A DNA stretch of 64,000 bases from a virus, in IMG/VR virus record IMGVR_UViG_3300032236_000815, positions 24,585-88,584 of that record. One strand, written 5' to 3'. Within the stretch, counting starts at the first letter, position 1; every line of letters begins with the position of its first letter. The notes under the pieces are model-generated. The model ran no database searches, had not been told where the DNA came from, and worked only from the letters and a program-made list of their open reading frames with translations. This document shows positions 38,649-47,883 of the stretch, one piece after another. The position numbers were made by a program, and so were the translations under genes.

Positions 38649-39510
38649 GAAAATATTGTTTAACGGGTGTAGTTTTGTTCACGGTGACGACTTAATGTGG
38701 CCGTATACAATGGTCGAACACTACGATAAAACAAACCCAGACTATTTAAAAATATTAAAACAATTTAATATATCAGGTCTTACTGAAAAAACAGAAATTT
38801 TTGAAAATGTTGAAAATATTGCACGATATGGAGCAACTAACGACCTGATTACATTTTCAACAATTGAATTTTTTAATAATATCCCCCAAGAAGAGCGATC
38901 AAACTATGTAGCATGTATAGGTTGGTCAGATCCTTGTAGAATTATGGTGCCTAACACATGGGCAGATCCAGCTGAGGATTTTTCTAAAGATAATAACATA
39001 GAAAATCTCCAAAAAATGTGGTTCCATTTGAATTTATACACAATGAATGGTAACGACAGTGACGTGCAACAAAAATATAAATCTTTGGCAGACGAATATG
39101 TACGTCAGTTCGACGATGCATACTGGTTTAAAGAACATATTAAAAATATTCTAATTCTTGAGAACTACTTTAAGGCAAACAACATAGAATTTGTCTTTTG
39201 GAACAGTATTGGCTTTCCTTTAAAAGCAGTTGACCAGTACACAAAAGATATTTTCCTAAATTTAGTTGATTGGTCACATTGGATCAATTGGGTGGACCTT
39301 AAAGTTCAATACATGGTCACAGGAACACAAATTCCTCCAGGGTTCAGTCACCCTTATGACCAAAAATTAGGAGTTTTTTGCTCTATGCTTGAAGTAATAG
39401 GCGAACCACAAGCATGGACACGCACTAAGCATCCTGGTCCTGAAGCTGTAAGTTTATGGACAAAGATTATTTTGAAACATTTAGTCAGAAAAAACATAAT
39501 TAATGGTTGA
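38635..39510 (+). CDS. SGNH-hydrolase-like hypothetical protein
   Basis: NGCSFVHG, IGWS...R, C-terminal HPG. Confidence 0.6.
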   Translation: MQVSKKILFNGCSFVHGDDLMWPYTMVEHYDKTNPDYLKILKQFNISGLTEKTEIFENVENIARYGATNDLITFSTIEFFNNIPQEERSNYVACIGWSDPCRIMVPNTWADPAEDFSKDNNIENLQKMWFHLNLYTMNGNDSDVQQKYKSLADEYVRQFDDAYWFKEHIKNILILENYFKANNIEFVFWNSIGFPLKAVDQYTKDIFLNLVDWSHWINWVDLKVQYMVTGTQIPPGFSHPYDQKLGVFCSMLEVIGEPQAWTRTKHPGPEAVSLWTKIILKHLVRKNIING

Positions 39511-39535
39511 CTTTTGTGTTAGCATCTGCTAACAT
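39507..39535 (+). promoter_or_regulatory. Sigma70-type promoter TTGACT-N17-TAACAT overlapped by inverted repeat TGTTAGCA-TC-TGCTAACA
   Basis: Direct reading; inverted repeat 39517-39534. Confidence 0.5.
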
Positions 39536-39542
39536 TACTAAT

Positions 39543-40745
39543 ATGACTACTGTTGATAATTTATTACTGAGAATTGTTAATTTTACTGAACCTGCTATTG
39601 AAGAACAAATTCATGCTAGGGATAGTAAGGTATTAAGAAGCCTTGCTTTGTCGGTTTCCAATGGAGTGTTTATCACTGAAAACCAAAGTAAACTACTAAT
39701 TAAAATTCTTAAAGAAAATTCTAAAAAAATAATAAATTTTTCAGAAGAAATTGAAGAGCGAGTAACAGAACCTAGTTGGTCACGAAATTTTCGAGAAATT
39801 GAACAAGTACGTAAACTGTACATAGGTAAAAATTCTGATGATGAATTAGTATTAGTAATTGAAACGACCTTCAACTCGCAAATTCGTAAAATTCTTAATG
39901 ACATATCAAAAAATTGCGAAGGTGTCATTGCCGCGTCTAATGGCAAAAAGTATATAACTGACCTAACCGAAAAAAATATCGTAATTTTAATGGACGCACT
40001 GGCATCCCATGATTTCGATATCGACGAAAAAATAAAAAAACACTACGAAATCATAAAAAGTTGGTCGGAACAAGATGTTATAGATCAGTTCAAGTTAACT
40101 AACATAACTAACACTAACTTTCAAAAACACATCACCGAAGACCTTGGCATTTCGACCGCAATCGACCAAAATATCATTAATGACAGAAGTGTAAGATACC
40201 AATTTTTTACAGAAAATCCAAAAAATCTTGGAGAGTCGTTAACCGAGTACATTGCCAACAGACCTAATACTAAGCTATGGGTTGATAAAAATCAACACTC
40301 ACTAACAGACGTGGTATCAAGTTTAATAGAATTAAAAAGATTGCCAATTTTAGTGGTCTTTGATACTGTAGTTAATGAAAAATACCTCGAAAATTTGAAA
40401 ATTTTGTCGGAAGCACTGGAAGCTAATAACATAGACGACCGAGTTGGTGTTTACTTTAGATTAGAAAATGACGACATGGGCAAACAGTTTAATCAGTTGA
40501 TTAAACAAAAACAATACAACTACGAGCTTGGTACAAACACTGTAGTTACCGCAGTACAAAGTGGAAAATTACCGAAATTTTTCATAAAAAATGCATGGCG
40601 TCCTATGAGTGTAATAGCACTTGATAGCCGTATGGGTTTACGTCATGGCAAAACTGCTGTATACTCTAATTGTTGTGACCTTATAGTTGAATGGGCAGAA
40701 CAACCTAACTTATTAGAACAAAAGAAAATCGGATCATGGCGGTAA
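39543..40745 (+). CDS. Hypothetical protein upstream of uvsW
   Basis: Long ORF; first ATG at 39543. Confidence 0.6.
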   Translation: MTTVDNLLLRIVNFTEPAIEEQIHARDSKVLRSLALSVSNGVFITENQSKLLIKILKENSKKIINFSEEIEERVTEPSWSRNFREIEQVRKLYIGKNSDDELVLVIETTFNSQIRKILNDISKNCEGVIAASNGKKYITDLTEKNIVILMDALASHDFDIDEKIKKHYEIIKSWSEQDVIDQFKLTNITNTNFQKHITEDLGISTAIDQNIINDRSVRYQFFTENPKNLGESLTEYIANRPNTKLWVDKNQHSLTDVVSSLIELKRLPILVVFDTVVNEKYLENLKILSEALEANNIDDRVGVYFRLENDDMGKQFNQLIKQKQYNYELGTNTVVTAVQSGKLPKFFIKNAWRPMSVIALDSRMGLRHGKTAVYSNCCDLIVEWAEQPNLLEQKKIGSWR

Positions 40746-42205
40746 AATTAGTAATTTGCGACGAAGTAAATATCAAGTTTGAGAACTTGTCGCTAGATGC
40801 ACGAAAGAAATTAGCAAACACTTTTAAGTACGAAGATCCAACTGCAAGATATAGACCTGCATATAAACTAGGTCGTTGGGACGGCAAGGTATCGATGTTT
40901 GGACTTGGTGGCAACGGTTATCTTAGTCAGCTAGAAAAGTGCCTTGGCATACTTGCAGACATGGATATTGACATCGATGAACTGGAAGATTTGCGTACTA
41001 CAAGTAAAATTGAGTTTACTCCGGTAACTGCTAATTACTGGGCTGACCAAGGAAAAGTATGGCCCGAAGGTCATAGATTTGCAGGACAACCGATTGTATT
41101 GCGTGACGATCAAACTGAGGTAGTCAACAGATTTTTTACAAATACTCAAGCCTTACAAGAAGTAGCAACCGGTGCTGGTAAGACTATTATGACAGCAACT
41201 TTAGCTCATTGTGCAGAGAAATATGGACGCACAATCACTATTGTTCCTAACAAAGATTTGGTCACGCAGACTGAAGAAGACTTTATTAACGTTGACTTAG
41301 ATGTAGGTGTTTACTACGGTGACCGTAAAGATTTAGGTAAGACACACACCATTTGTACTTGGCAGTCGCTTAACATTTTAGACAAAAAATCTAAGAACTG
41401 GGATGCAGATATAGCATATACATTGGCTGAATTCTTAGACGGAGTTAAGACGGTTATTGTCGACGAAGTACACATGGCCAAAGCAGAAGTACTGAAAAAC
41501 CTACTAACACAAAACTTGTGCAATGCTCCGATCCGTTGGGGATTAACTGGAACAGTTCCTAAAGACGAATTCGAAAGCGAGCCTATTTTTGCTTCAATCG
41601 GCCCAGTAGTCGGCGGCATTAAGGCACACGAATTACAAGAGATGGGTGTGCTCAGTAACTTGCACGTAAACATTTTACAACTTATAGATTTACCAGAATA
41701 TAAGACATATCAAGAAGAATTAAAATATCTTGTTACTAACAAAGACAGGATGACATATTTTAGTAAACTAGTTCAAGGCTTAGCAGAGACAGGCAATACA
41801 TTAATTCTAGTCAATAGAATTGATACAGGCAAATTATTAACAGAAATGATAGAAGGCGCTGTTTTTATTTCAGGCGAAGTAAAAGGCACGAAACGAAAAG
41901 AGGAGTACAAAGAACATGCAACAACTGATAACAAGATTACTGTGGCGACTTTTGGTGTGGCCGCTGTGGGTATTAATATCCCCCGTATTTTTAATCTGGT
42001 TCTTTTGGAGCCCGGAAAGAGCTTTGTCCGCGTTATACAATCAATTGGGCGCGGCATTAGAAAAGCAGAAGACAAAGACTTTGTACAAATCTGGGACGTT
42101 ACGTCGACCTGTAAATTCGCCAAGCGTCACCTCACTACGAGGAAGAAATTTTACAAGGATGCCAAGTATCCGTTTACAATACAAAAAGTGGACTGGCAAA
42201 AATAA
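40736..42205 (+). CDS. uvsW: SF2 DNA helicase
   Basis: ATGAGKT, DEVH, GLTGT, QSIGRGIR. Confidence 0.93.
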   Translation: MAVKLVICDEVNIKFENLSLDARKKLANTFKYEDPTARYRPAYKLGRWDGKVSMFGLGGNGYLSQLEKCLGILADMDIDIDELEDLRTTSKIEFTPVTANYWADQGKVWPEGHRFAGQPIVLRDDQTEVVNRFFTNTQALQEVATGAGKTIMTATLAHCAEKYGRTITIVPNKDLVTQTEEDFINVDLDVGVYYGDRKDLGKTHTICTWQSLNILDKKSKNWDADIAYTLAEFLDGVKTVIVDEVHMAKAEVLKNLLTQNLCNAPIRWGLTGTVPKDEFESEPIFASIGPVVGGIKAHELQEMGVLSNLHVNILQLIDLPEYKTYQEELKYLVTNKDRMTYFSKLVQGLAETGNTLILVNRIDTGKLLTEMIEGAVFISGEVKGTKRKEEYKEHATTDNKITVATFGVAAVGINIPRIFNLVLLEPGKSFVRVIQSIGRGIRKAEDKDFVQIWDVTSTCKFAKRHLTTRKKFYKDAKYPFTIQKVDWQK

Positions 42206-42211
42206 GGAATC

Positions 42212-42718
42212 ATGCAGATATTAACATTAGATAACAAAACGTTTTCATTAAACAATTTACCAGATGAGGTAGATGAAAGTACAAGATTTGCAGTCTTGGA
42301 TAACAGCGATCCTCAAGCGCCTGACTTCTTTTTTATGCCTCTAATATTTTTAGAAAGTTTTAATGCACCGGCAATGGTATTAAGAATTGGCGAAGACGAA
42401 GTGGTTATGCCTATTGATTGGTGCATAGCAGTAGGTGATAGTACAAGTGCTTGCGACATAGAAATTCTACCATTAACTAGTTTAAACGATAGAGGCTTCG
42501 AAGCACTATGTTTTAATCCGCTAAGTTCTTTTAGGGTAGAGTTTAAAAAGATAGAAATTGTTAATTTTTACAATGATGTTAAATGGTACTTTCCAAAGAT
42601 GAAAAATGGTCAATTATTAGCAACGCCATTGCACGGAGGAGACAAACCTTTATGCTCATACTTTGTTAAAGAAATTAGCAAACAGAATGAAATAATTCAA
42701 TTGGATAAGATATTATGA
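42212..42718 (+). CDS. Hypothetical beta-rich protein
   Basis: AAGGA RBS, 168 aa. Confidence 0.55.
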   Translation: MQILTLDNKTFSLNNLPDEVDESTRFAVLDNSDPQAPDFFFMPLIFLESFNAPAMVLRIGEDEVVMPIDWCIAVGDSTSACDIEILPLTSLNDRGFEALCFNPLSSFRVEFKKIEIVNFYNDVKWYFPKMKNGQLLATPLHGGDKPLCSYFVKEISKQNEIIQLDKIL

Positions 42719-43359
42719 CATTAAAAATTGCATACTTCCAGCCAACAATTTTAGCAATTGATCAAGTTCCTCATGCAGAGTTTAGTAGGATTTATAGTCT
42801 AGCAGAGCAGTTACATAGCCATCCAGAGCTTAACGATGCCGACAATCCTTTGATTAGTATCCGCGGTGGACAACAGATTCAAGTGTATCCTAATAAGGTT
42901 AGCCTTGATGTTAGTTGGTTGATCACTTGGTTAGAATCTATCTGTCAAGGATATCTAGAACTTGTCACGGCACAGTCTGGAGTAGAAGAATTAAAGTTCG
43001 TTAAACCTCAAATTATCAGTGCATGGACCATTCGACAATACGAAGGTGATTACCAAGAAATGCACACGCATCCGCTCGGTAATTTGAGTGGAAACATTTA
43101 TATAACTGCTCCGGATCTACATGAAGACAGCAAACCGAGCGATAGTCAAATATCTTTTAGAATGCCACATACTAAAGATATTGGTAGATTTATCATGAAT
43201 GATACATGGAAATTTAGCCCAGAACCAGGAGCAGTAATTTTATTCCCAAGCCACTTACCTCATATGGTTTATCCGTGGAGAGGTACTGGTAGCAGAACAG
43301 TGTTGGCATTTGATGCTCGGTTGGTACCACGTGAGGAGTTTATCGATGGGAAGTCTTAA
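42715..43359 (+). CDS. Putative 2OG-Fe(II) oxygenase (TIGR02466-like)
   Basis: HTH...LSG..Y, FPSHLPH.VYP, RTVLAFD. Confidence 0.82.
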   Translation: MTLKIAYFQPTILAIDQVPHAEFSRIYSLAEQLHSHPELNDADNPLISIRGGQQIQVYPNKVSLDVSWLITWLESICQGYLELVTAQSGVEELKFVKPQIISAWTIRQYEGDYQEMHTHPLGNLSGNIYITAPDLHEDSKPSDSQISFRMPHTKDIGRFIMNDTWKFSPEPGAVILFPSHLPHMVYPWRGTGSRTVLAFDARLVPREEFIDGKS

Positions 43360-43627
43360 ACCAGGTGCAACTCTTGTACACGAACGTGTAAAAAATGTAG
43401 TTTATTCCAGAGAATTGGGTGCAGATCCTAGTACACGAAAAGTAGTCGGTTGGGATTATGATCCTGCCAATCCAACCTATGATCCACGTACTAGCGGACG
43501 ACAAGAGTTGGAAGAACATAACGAATGGATTAAAATTCGGTTGGAAGCAAAAACCAATCCCACTTTACAAAAGGCGGTGGATCGTGTTAAAATGTTGTAT
43601 AAACTAAGCAAAGAAAAATATGAGTGA
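43346..43627 (+). CDS. Hypothetical protein
   Basis: GAGGAG RBS before ATG 43346. Confidence 0.6.
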   Translation: MGSLKPGATLVHERVKNVVYSRELGADPSTRKVVGWDYDPANPTYDPRTSGRQELEEHNEWIKIRLEAKTNPTLQKAVDRVKMLYKLSKEKYE

Positions 43628-44099
43628 AAAAGTTGAACTGAAAGAGAAATTGGCCGCAGTGGATCAAAACATCCGCGAGCTATGGGACGCCATGACTCCA
43701 GAGCAACAAAAAGCACTTAAGAATGAATACTTTATTCTTAATAGATATGTTAGTAGTGTTCAAGGACAAAAACGTGAAATACAAGAACATTTTGTATTAA
43801 CTGTTAATGAATATTTTAACAAACATTGGAATAGTTTACAGAAGCATCCTAAACTTATGTGGATGTTGTTGTGTATGTGTAGCTACAACGGAGAGAAACA
43901 ATTCTTTCACGAGTGGATAGGGCATAAAAAACGTGCGGGTTCAAATACTAAGAAAATTCGGTTCTTAGAAGAGATTTATCCTAATAAAAAACAAGACGAG
44001 TTAGAACTGTTAAGTAAGATTAGTACTGATAAAGAATTAAAAGAACTAGCTCGTGCATATGGACTAGACGAAGCAACAATCGCTAAAAAATTAAAATGA
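43620..44099 (+). CDS. Possible clamp-loader small subunit (gp62-like)
   Basis: FILNRYVS, NE..N, H.WI pattern and size resemble gp62; replication context. Confidence 0.45.
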   Translation: MSEKVELKEKLAAVDQNIRELWDAMTPEQQKALKNEYFILNRYVSSVQGQKREIQEHFVLTVNEYFNKHWNSLQKHPKLMWMLLCMCSYNGEKQFFHEWIGHKKRAGSNTKKIRFLEEIYPNKKQDELELLSKISTDKELKELARAYGLDEATIAKKLK

Positions 44100-44791
44100 T
44101 GGCACTGGCTAATCAACCTTATATTTGTGGACATTGTGGTAAAGGCTTCATGCAAGAGAAGACTTTATTCGTTCATGTTTGTGAACAAAAACGCAGACAC
44201 ATGGCTCAAAAAGAAAAACATGTAGTACTTGCGTTTGACACATTTCAAAAATTTTATAAGTTAAATCAGCCAAATAGCAAGCAGGAAAAAACCTATGAAG
44301 AATTTTGTAAGAGTCCTTATTATAACGCTTTTGTTAAGTTTGGCAGCTTTGTCAGTAACGTTAATCCTCTCTATCCATCACAATTCATTGACTGGATTGT
44401 ACGAAGCGGTGTCAAACTCGATCACTGGTGCAAAGACGAACTCTACGAACAATACGTCCTCGAACTTATCAAAAGAGAACCCGTCGAAGTCGCATTAGAG
44501 CGCAGTATAAGTCATATGCTGGCGTGGGCAAACGACAACAACGCACCTTGGAATCATTACTTTTTATATGTTAGTTTAAGTCGTGCTTGTTATGATATTA
44601 AAGATGGAAAAATTAGTCCTTGGATTATTTTAAATAGTAATAATGGCAAAGCAATGTTGCAAAAGTTCAGCGATGAGCAATTGAAACATGTACAAAATAT
44701 TATCGATCCGCCGTTCTGGGTAAGTAAATTTAAAAAATTACCAGCAGACGTTGCATTGGTAAAGGAAGTAGTCAAGGAGTCTAATATATGA
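44096..44791 (+). CDS. C2H2-type zinc-finger hypothetical protein
   Basis: YICGHCGKGF..E..L..H.C N-terminus. Confidence 0.6.
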   Translation: MMALANQPYICGHCGKGFMQEKTLFVHVCEQKRRHMAQKEKHVVLAFDTFQKFYKLNQPNSKQEKTYEEFCKSPYYNAFVKFGSFVSNVNPLYPSQFIDWIVRSGVKLDHWCKDELYEQYVLELIKREPVEVALERSISHMLAWANDNNAPWNHYFLYVSLSRACYDIKDGKISPWIILNSNNGKAMLQKFSDEQLKHVQNIIDPPFWVSKFKKLPADVALVKEVVKESNI

Positions 44792-44952
44792 ACAATCCCG
44801 TGACTTGGTTATTGTACGATGGTACTATTTTAGAAGAAATTCCTGAACAAAACAGATGTGCGGATATATGGCGTCTTGTTAATCCAGAGACAGACAAGCC
44901 ATACGATCCTAACAAAGACGAACCTAAACAGTGGATACACACGGACTACTAA
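44788..44952 (+). CDS. Small hypothetical protein (54 aa; not in ORF track)
   Basis: AAGGAG RBS, ATGA overlap with previous stop; MNNPVTWLLYDG...WIHTDY. Confidence 0.6.
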   Translation: MNNPVTWLLYDGTILEEIPEQNRCADIWRLVNPETDKPYDPNKDEPKQWIHTDY

Positions 44953-44953
44953 T

Positions 44954-45526
44954 ATGCCAGATATTGATATCGATTTTGCAGACAGAACAAAGGCTTTAGA
45001 TGTTTTAAAGCATATCGATGCACGACTAGATAGTAGTTCTAAAAAACACAACACTGGTGTATATTGTACTTCGATCCCGTATAATCCAATTACAGGAATA
45101 AGTACATTAGACTACAAAGAAGCAGAAGATAGAGGTTATTTTAAGATAGACTTTTTGAATGTTAGTGTCTACGAAAAAGTAAGAGATAAGGCACATCTTA
45201 CACAATTAATGGAGACTGAACCACTATGGGATTTACTGTTACAGGACGAGTTTACAAATTTACTATTCCACGTAAATGGGCATGGCTACTTGATGAGACA
45301 GATGAAACCTACTTCAATCGAAGAATTGGCAATGTGTCTAGCTTTGATCCGCCCAGCGAAGAAGCATCTTATTGGGAAGACTTGGCAGGAGATTGCGAAG
45401 ACGATTTGGGAGAAGCCGGAGAACGGTGATTACTACTTTAAGAAAGCACATGCCATTGCTTACGCACACGTGATAGTAGTTCAGATGAATTTAATTTGCG
45501 AGAATGTTAGCTACGAGTTTAGTTAA
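44954..45526 (+). CDS. Minimal DNA polymerase III alpha (DnaE)-like catalytic core, 190 aa
   Basis: PDIDIDF, KHNTG, KIDFL, LALIRP, FKKAHAIAYA in DnaE order. Confidence 0.82.
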   Translation: MPDIDIDFADRTKALDVLKHIDARLDSSSKKHNTGVYCTSIPYNPITGISTLDYKEAEDRGYFKIDFLNVSVYEKVRDKAHLTQLMETEPLWDLLLQDEFTNLLFHVNGHGYLMRQMKPTSIEELAMCLALIRPAKKHLIGKTWQEIAKTIWEKPENGDYYFKKAHAIAYAHVIVVQMNLICENVSYEFS

Positions 45527-45897
45527 CGTACTTTTCGCACCAATTGAACACTTTTACGTTTAACACGTTTTAAAGTTAAGTTCATTAAATTAACAACAGG
45601 CCCTAATACAACTCTAGTATCCTTGCTGTTAAATGTTTTTATAGCATAGGCAAATGGGTGAATTTGATCCCTACAAAAAATATTAATAGGATATTGACGG
45701 TTACTTTCCCACCACCATATTTCTCCTATTTCTAAAAATTGTGCTCTTTCCTCAGGAGTTTTAATAGAGTTGAGGTCGTAAAAACTAGTTACGAATTGGT
45801 CCTGGTTTATTATAATTCCTACATACTCGTTTTCACCATAATTAATTACGCTGATAAACGGTAGATTTTGTTCGATATCGTCTCTTAGTTTTGCCAT
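45523..45897 (-). CDS. Hypothetical protein
   Basis: 124 aa, WWWESNR motif, fills gap. Confidence 0.6.
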   Translation of the reverse strand: MAKLRDDIEQNLPFISVINYGENEYVGIIINQDQFVTSFYDLNSIKTPEERAQFLEIGEIWWWESNRQYPINIFCRDQIHPFAYAIKTFNSKDTRVVLGPVVNLMNLTLKRVKRKSVQLVRKVR

Positions 45898-45923
45898 AAA
45901 TACTATTAAAGGGTCCTTGCCAA

Positions 45924-46766
45924 ATGCAAAAAATTCAAAGTTATTTATATCCTAACAGACACATACTAATAGCTGATTTGGCAGGCTTCATCGTGGAGAA
46001 CACAATCGTGTATGCAAAGACAGTAAAAATCTATAAAGGCGTTGATAACGTCATCCAGTTCGACATACAAAATGCCGACCAGAAACGATTGGACTTAGTT
46101 ACAAGTCCCTTAGTGACCGCGATTGAGATGAACGTGATGGATATTAGCGGTAAAGCTCTTGCTAGTAGCCCGTATACCGTAACACCAAGTTCTATTAAAG
46201 GCATCGCTACAGTTACAATTCCAAGCAGTGATTTAACTGATATTCAACACCAGAGTTTACAATACAGCGTAACTGCTACTGACGGTGATGGTAATAATAT
46301 CCCGTTATATACTGACAGTAGATTCAGTGCAGTGGGCACTATTGAAGTTGTAAAGAGCGCAGTTCCAACAACTCGTGCGGCAACAGTATACGATCGTTTT
46401 AGCGGTGAAATTAACTACATGGGTAATGTTATTAATCATACCAGCGCATTTAAGAGCAAGTTTTACGAAGCAGTTCCGACCACTACTTTGACTGTTACAG
46501 CCCATGTTACCAATTTTACAGGTACAATTTATATCGAAGGAACAGAAGACAGCACAATCAGCGTTGAATCTTTTAGAGATGCTACTCATATTTCTTCAAC
46601 CACTTATACTAGATATACAGGTACTGTTACATTCCCTACATTGCAAATTGGTAAAAACAACTTCTTCAGAGTTAGCTGGGTTTACCCAGATATTTGGCAA
46701 TGGGGAAGTCAGCAAAACGCCCTTCCTGTTTACGGAACGGTTGATACAGTTACCGTTAGCTCTTGA
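45924..46766 (+). CDS. Hypothetical beta-rich (probably structural) protein
   Basis: ATAAATA box upstream; Thr/Val-rich. Confidence 0.5.
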   Translation: MQKIQSYLYPNRHILIADLAGFIVENTIVYAKTVKIYKGVDNVIQFDIQNADQKRLDLVTSPLVTAIEMNVMDISGKALASSPYTVTPSSIKGIATVTIPSSDLTDIQHQSLQYSVTATDGDGNNIPLYTDSRFSAVGTIEVVKSAVPTTRAATVYDRFSGEINYMGNVINHTSAFKSKFYEAVPTTTLTVTAHVTNFTGTIYIEGTEDSTISVESFRDATHISSTTYTRYTGTVTFPTLQIGKNNFFRVSWVYPDIWQWGSQQNALPVYGTVDTVTVSS

Positions 46767-46791
46767 TTTTAATCAATTAATCCGTTATAAT
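46763..46791 (+). promoter_or_regulatory. Sigma70-type promoter TTGATT-N17-TATAAT, 5 nt before primase ATG
   Basis: Direct reading. Confidence 0.7.
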
Positions 46792-46796
46792 TAGGT

Positions 46797-47786
46797 ATGA
46801 GCCTAATAGCGGATACACTACTACAATACTTACCCGGAAAGCGTAAACAAACTCCAAGTGGTTGGATTTCGTTTAATGCTGTCTGTTGTGACGACAAAAG
46901 ACAACGTGGAGGTTTTATTGTAAATGGCGGTGATGCTGTTAGCTATCATTGTTTCAATTGCGGATTTAAATGTAGCTGGCAACCGGGCAGACACATAAGT
47001 AGAAATATGAATAAGTTCATGCGGGATTTAAATATTCCGGATGATACTATTGCTCAATTAAGACTAGAAGCACTAAAACACGACAGCAATAACAATACTG
47101 AAGTTCGCAGTATTATTCCAAAGTTTGATGTACGTGCAATGCCAATCGATAGCGAACCTATCACACACTGGCTAGACAATCCTCCAGAAAAACTTATACC
47201 TGTATTAGAATACATGGTGAATAGAAAACTTTTTCCTGAAGATTTTCCTTTCTATTGGACACCTAAAATTGGATTCAGTAACCGCTTGATTATTCCATTT
47301 TACCACGATGGCATCATTGTAGGTTATACTGCCCGTGCAATTAACGCAGACGCAAATCCAAGATACTTGAGCGAACAACAGCCCGGATATGTGTTTAATT
47401 TAGATCGACAACACGATGAAAGATCTTTCGTGATTGTGCTAGAAGGACCTATAGATGCAATAAGTATTGATGGGTGTGCGTTGATGGGCAGTGAGATCAA
47501 AGACAGTCAAAACTGGTTGCTAAAACAGTTGGGTAAAGAAATCGTTCTTGTACCAGACAGAGATCACGAAGGCCCTAAATGTGTAGAACAAGCGATTGAA
47601 CATGGGTGGAGTGTTAGTATGCCCGACTGGCCCGAAGGTGTTAAAGACGTTAACGATGCAGTTCGTAAAATTGGCAAGTTAGCAACTCTATGGCTAATTG
47701 TTCAAGCAACAGAATCTAATAGTCTTAAAATACAGCTAAGAGCAAAGAAGTGGTTTCCAAAGGATGACAATGAAAAGAATAATTAA
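46797..47786 (+). CDS. gp61: DNA primase (T4 gp61-like)
   Basis: YHCFNCG Zn finger, RLIIPF, TOPRIM EGPIDA and PDRD, KDVND. Confidence 0.9.
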   Translation: MSLIADTLLQYLPGKRKQTPSGWISFNAVCCDDKRQRGGFIVNGGDAVSYHCFNCGFKCSWQPGRHISRNMNKFMRDLNIPDDTIAQLRLEALKHDSNNNTEVRSIIPKFDVRAMPIDSEPITHWLDNPPEKLIPVLEYMVNRKLFPEDFPFYWTPKIGFSNRLIIPFYHDGIIVGYTARAINADANPRYLSEQQPGYVFNLDRQHDERSFVIVLEGPIDAISIDGCALMGSEIKDSQNWLLKQLGKEIVLVPDRDHEGPKCVEQAIEHGWSVSMPDWPEGVKDVNDAVRKIGKLATLWLIVQATESNSLKIQLRAKKWFPKDDNEKNN

Positions 47787-47883
47787 TTTTTTATTATGGC
47801 CGTGGCACAAATGGCAAGCCAAACGAGCATTTAATAAACGCCTAAAAGAATTGAGAGAACGTGATCCGTTCATTTATAAATGA
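47770..47883 (+). CDS. Small basic protein (37 aa; not in ORF track)
   Basis: AAGGA RBS; MKRIINFLLWPWHKW...RERDPFIYK; ATGA coupling to next gene. Confidence 0.6.
   Translation: MKRIINFLLWPWHKWQAKRAFNKRLKELRERDPFIYK

Noticed and set aside
42212-42718. Free-standing intein/Hint domain after uvsW
   Set aside because: No N-terminal Cys/Ser or terminal His-Asn; cannot be supported without a structure search
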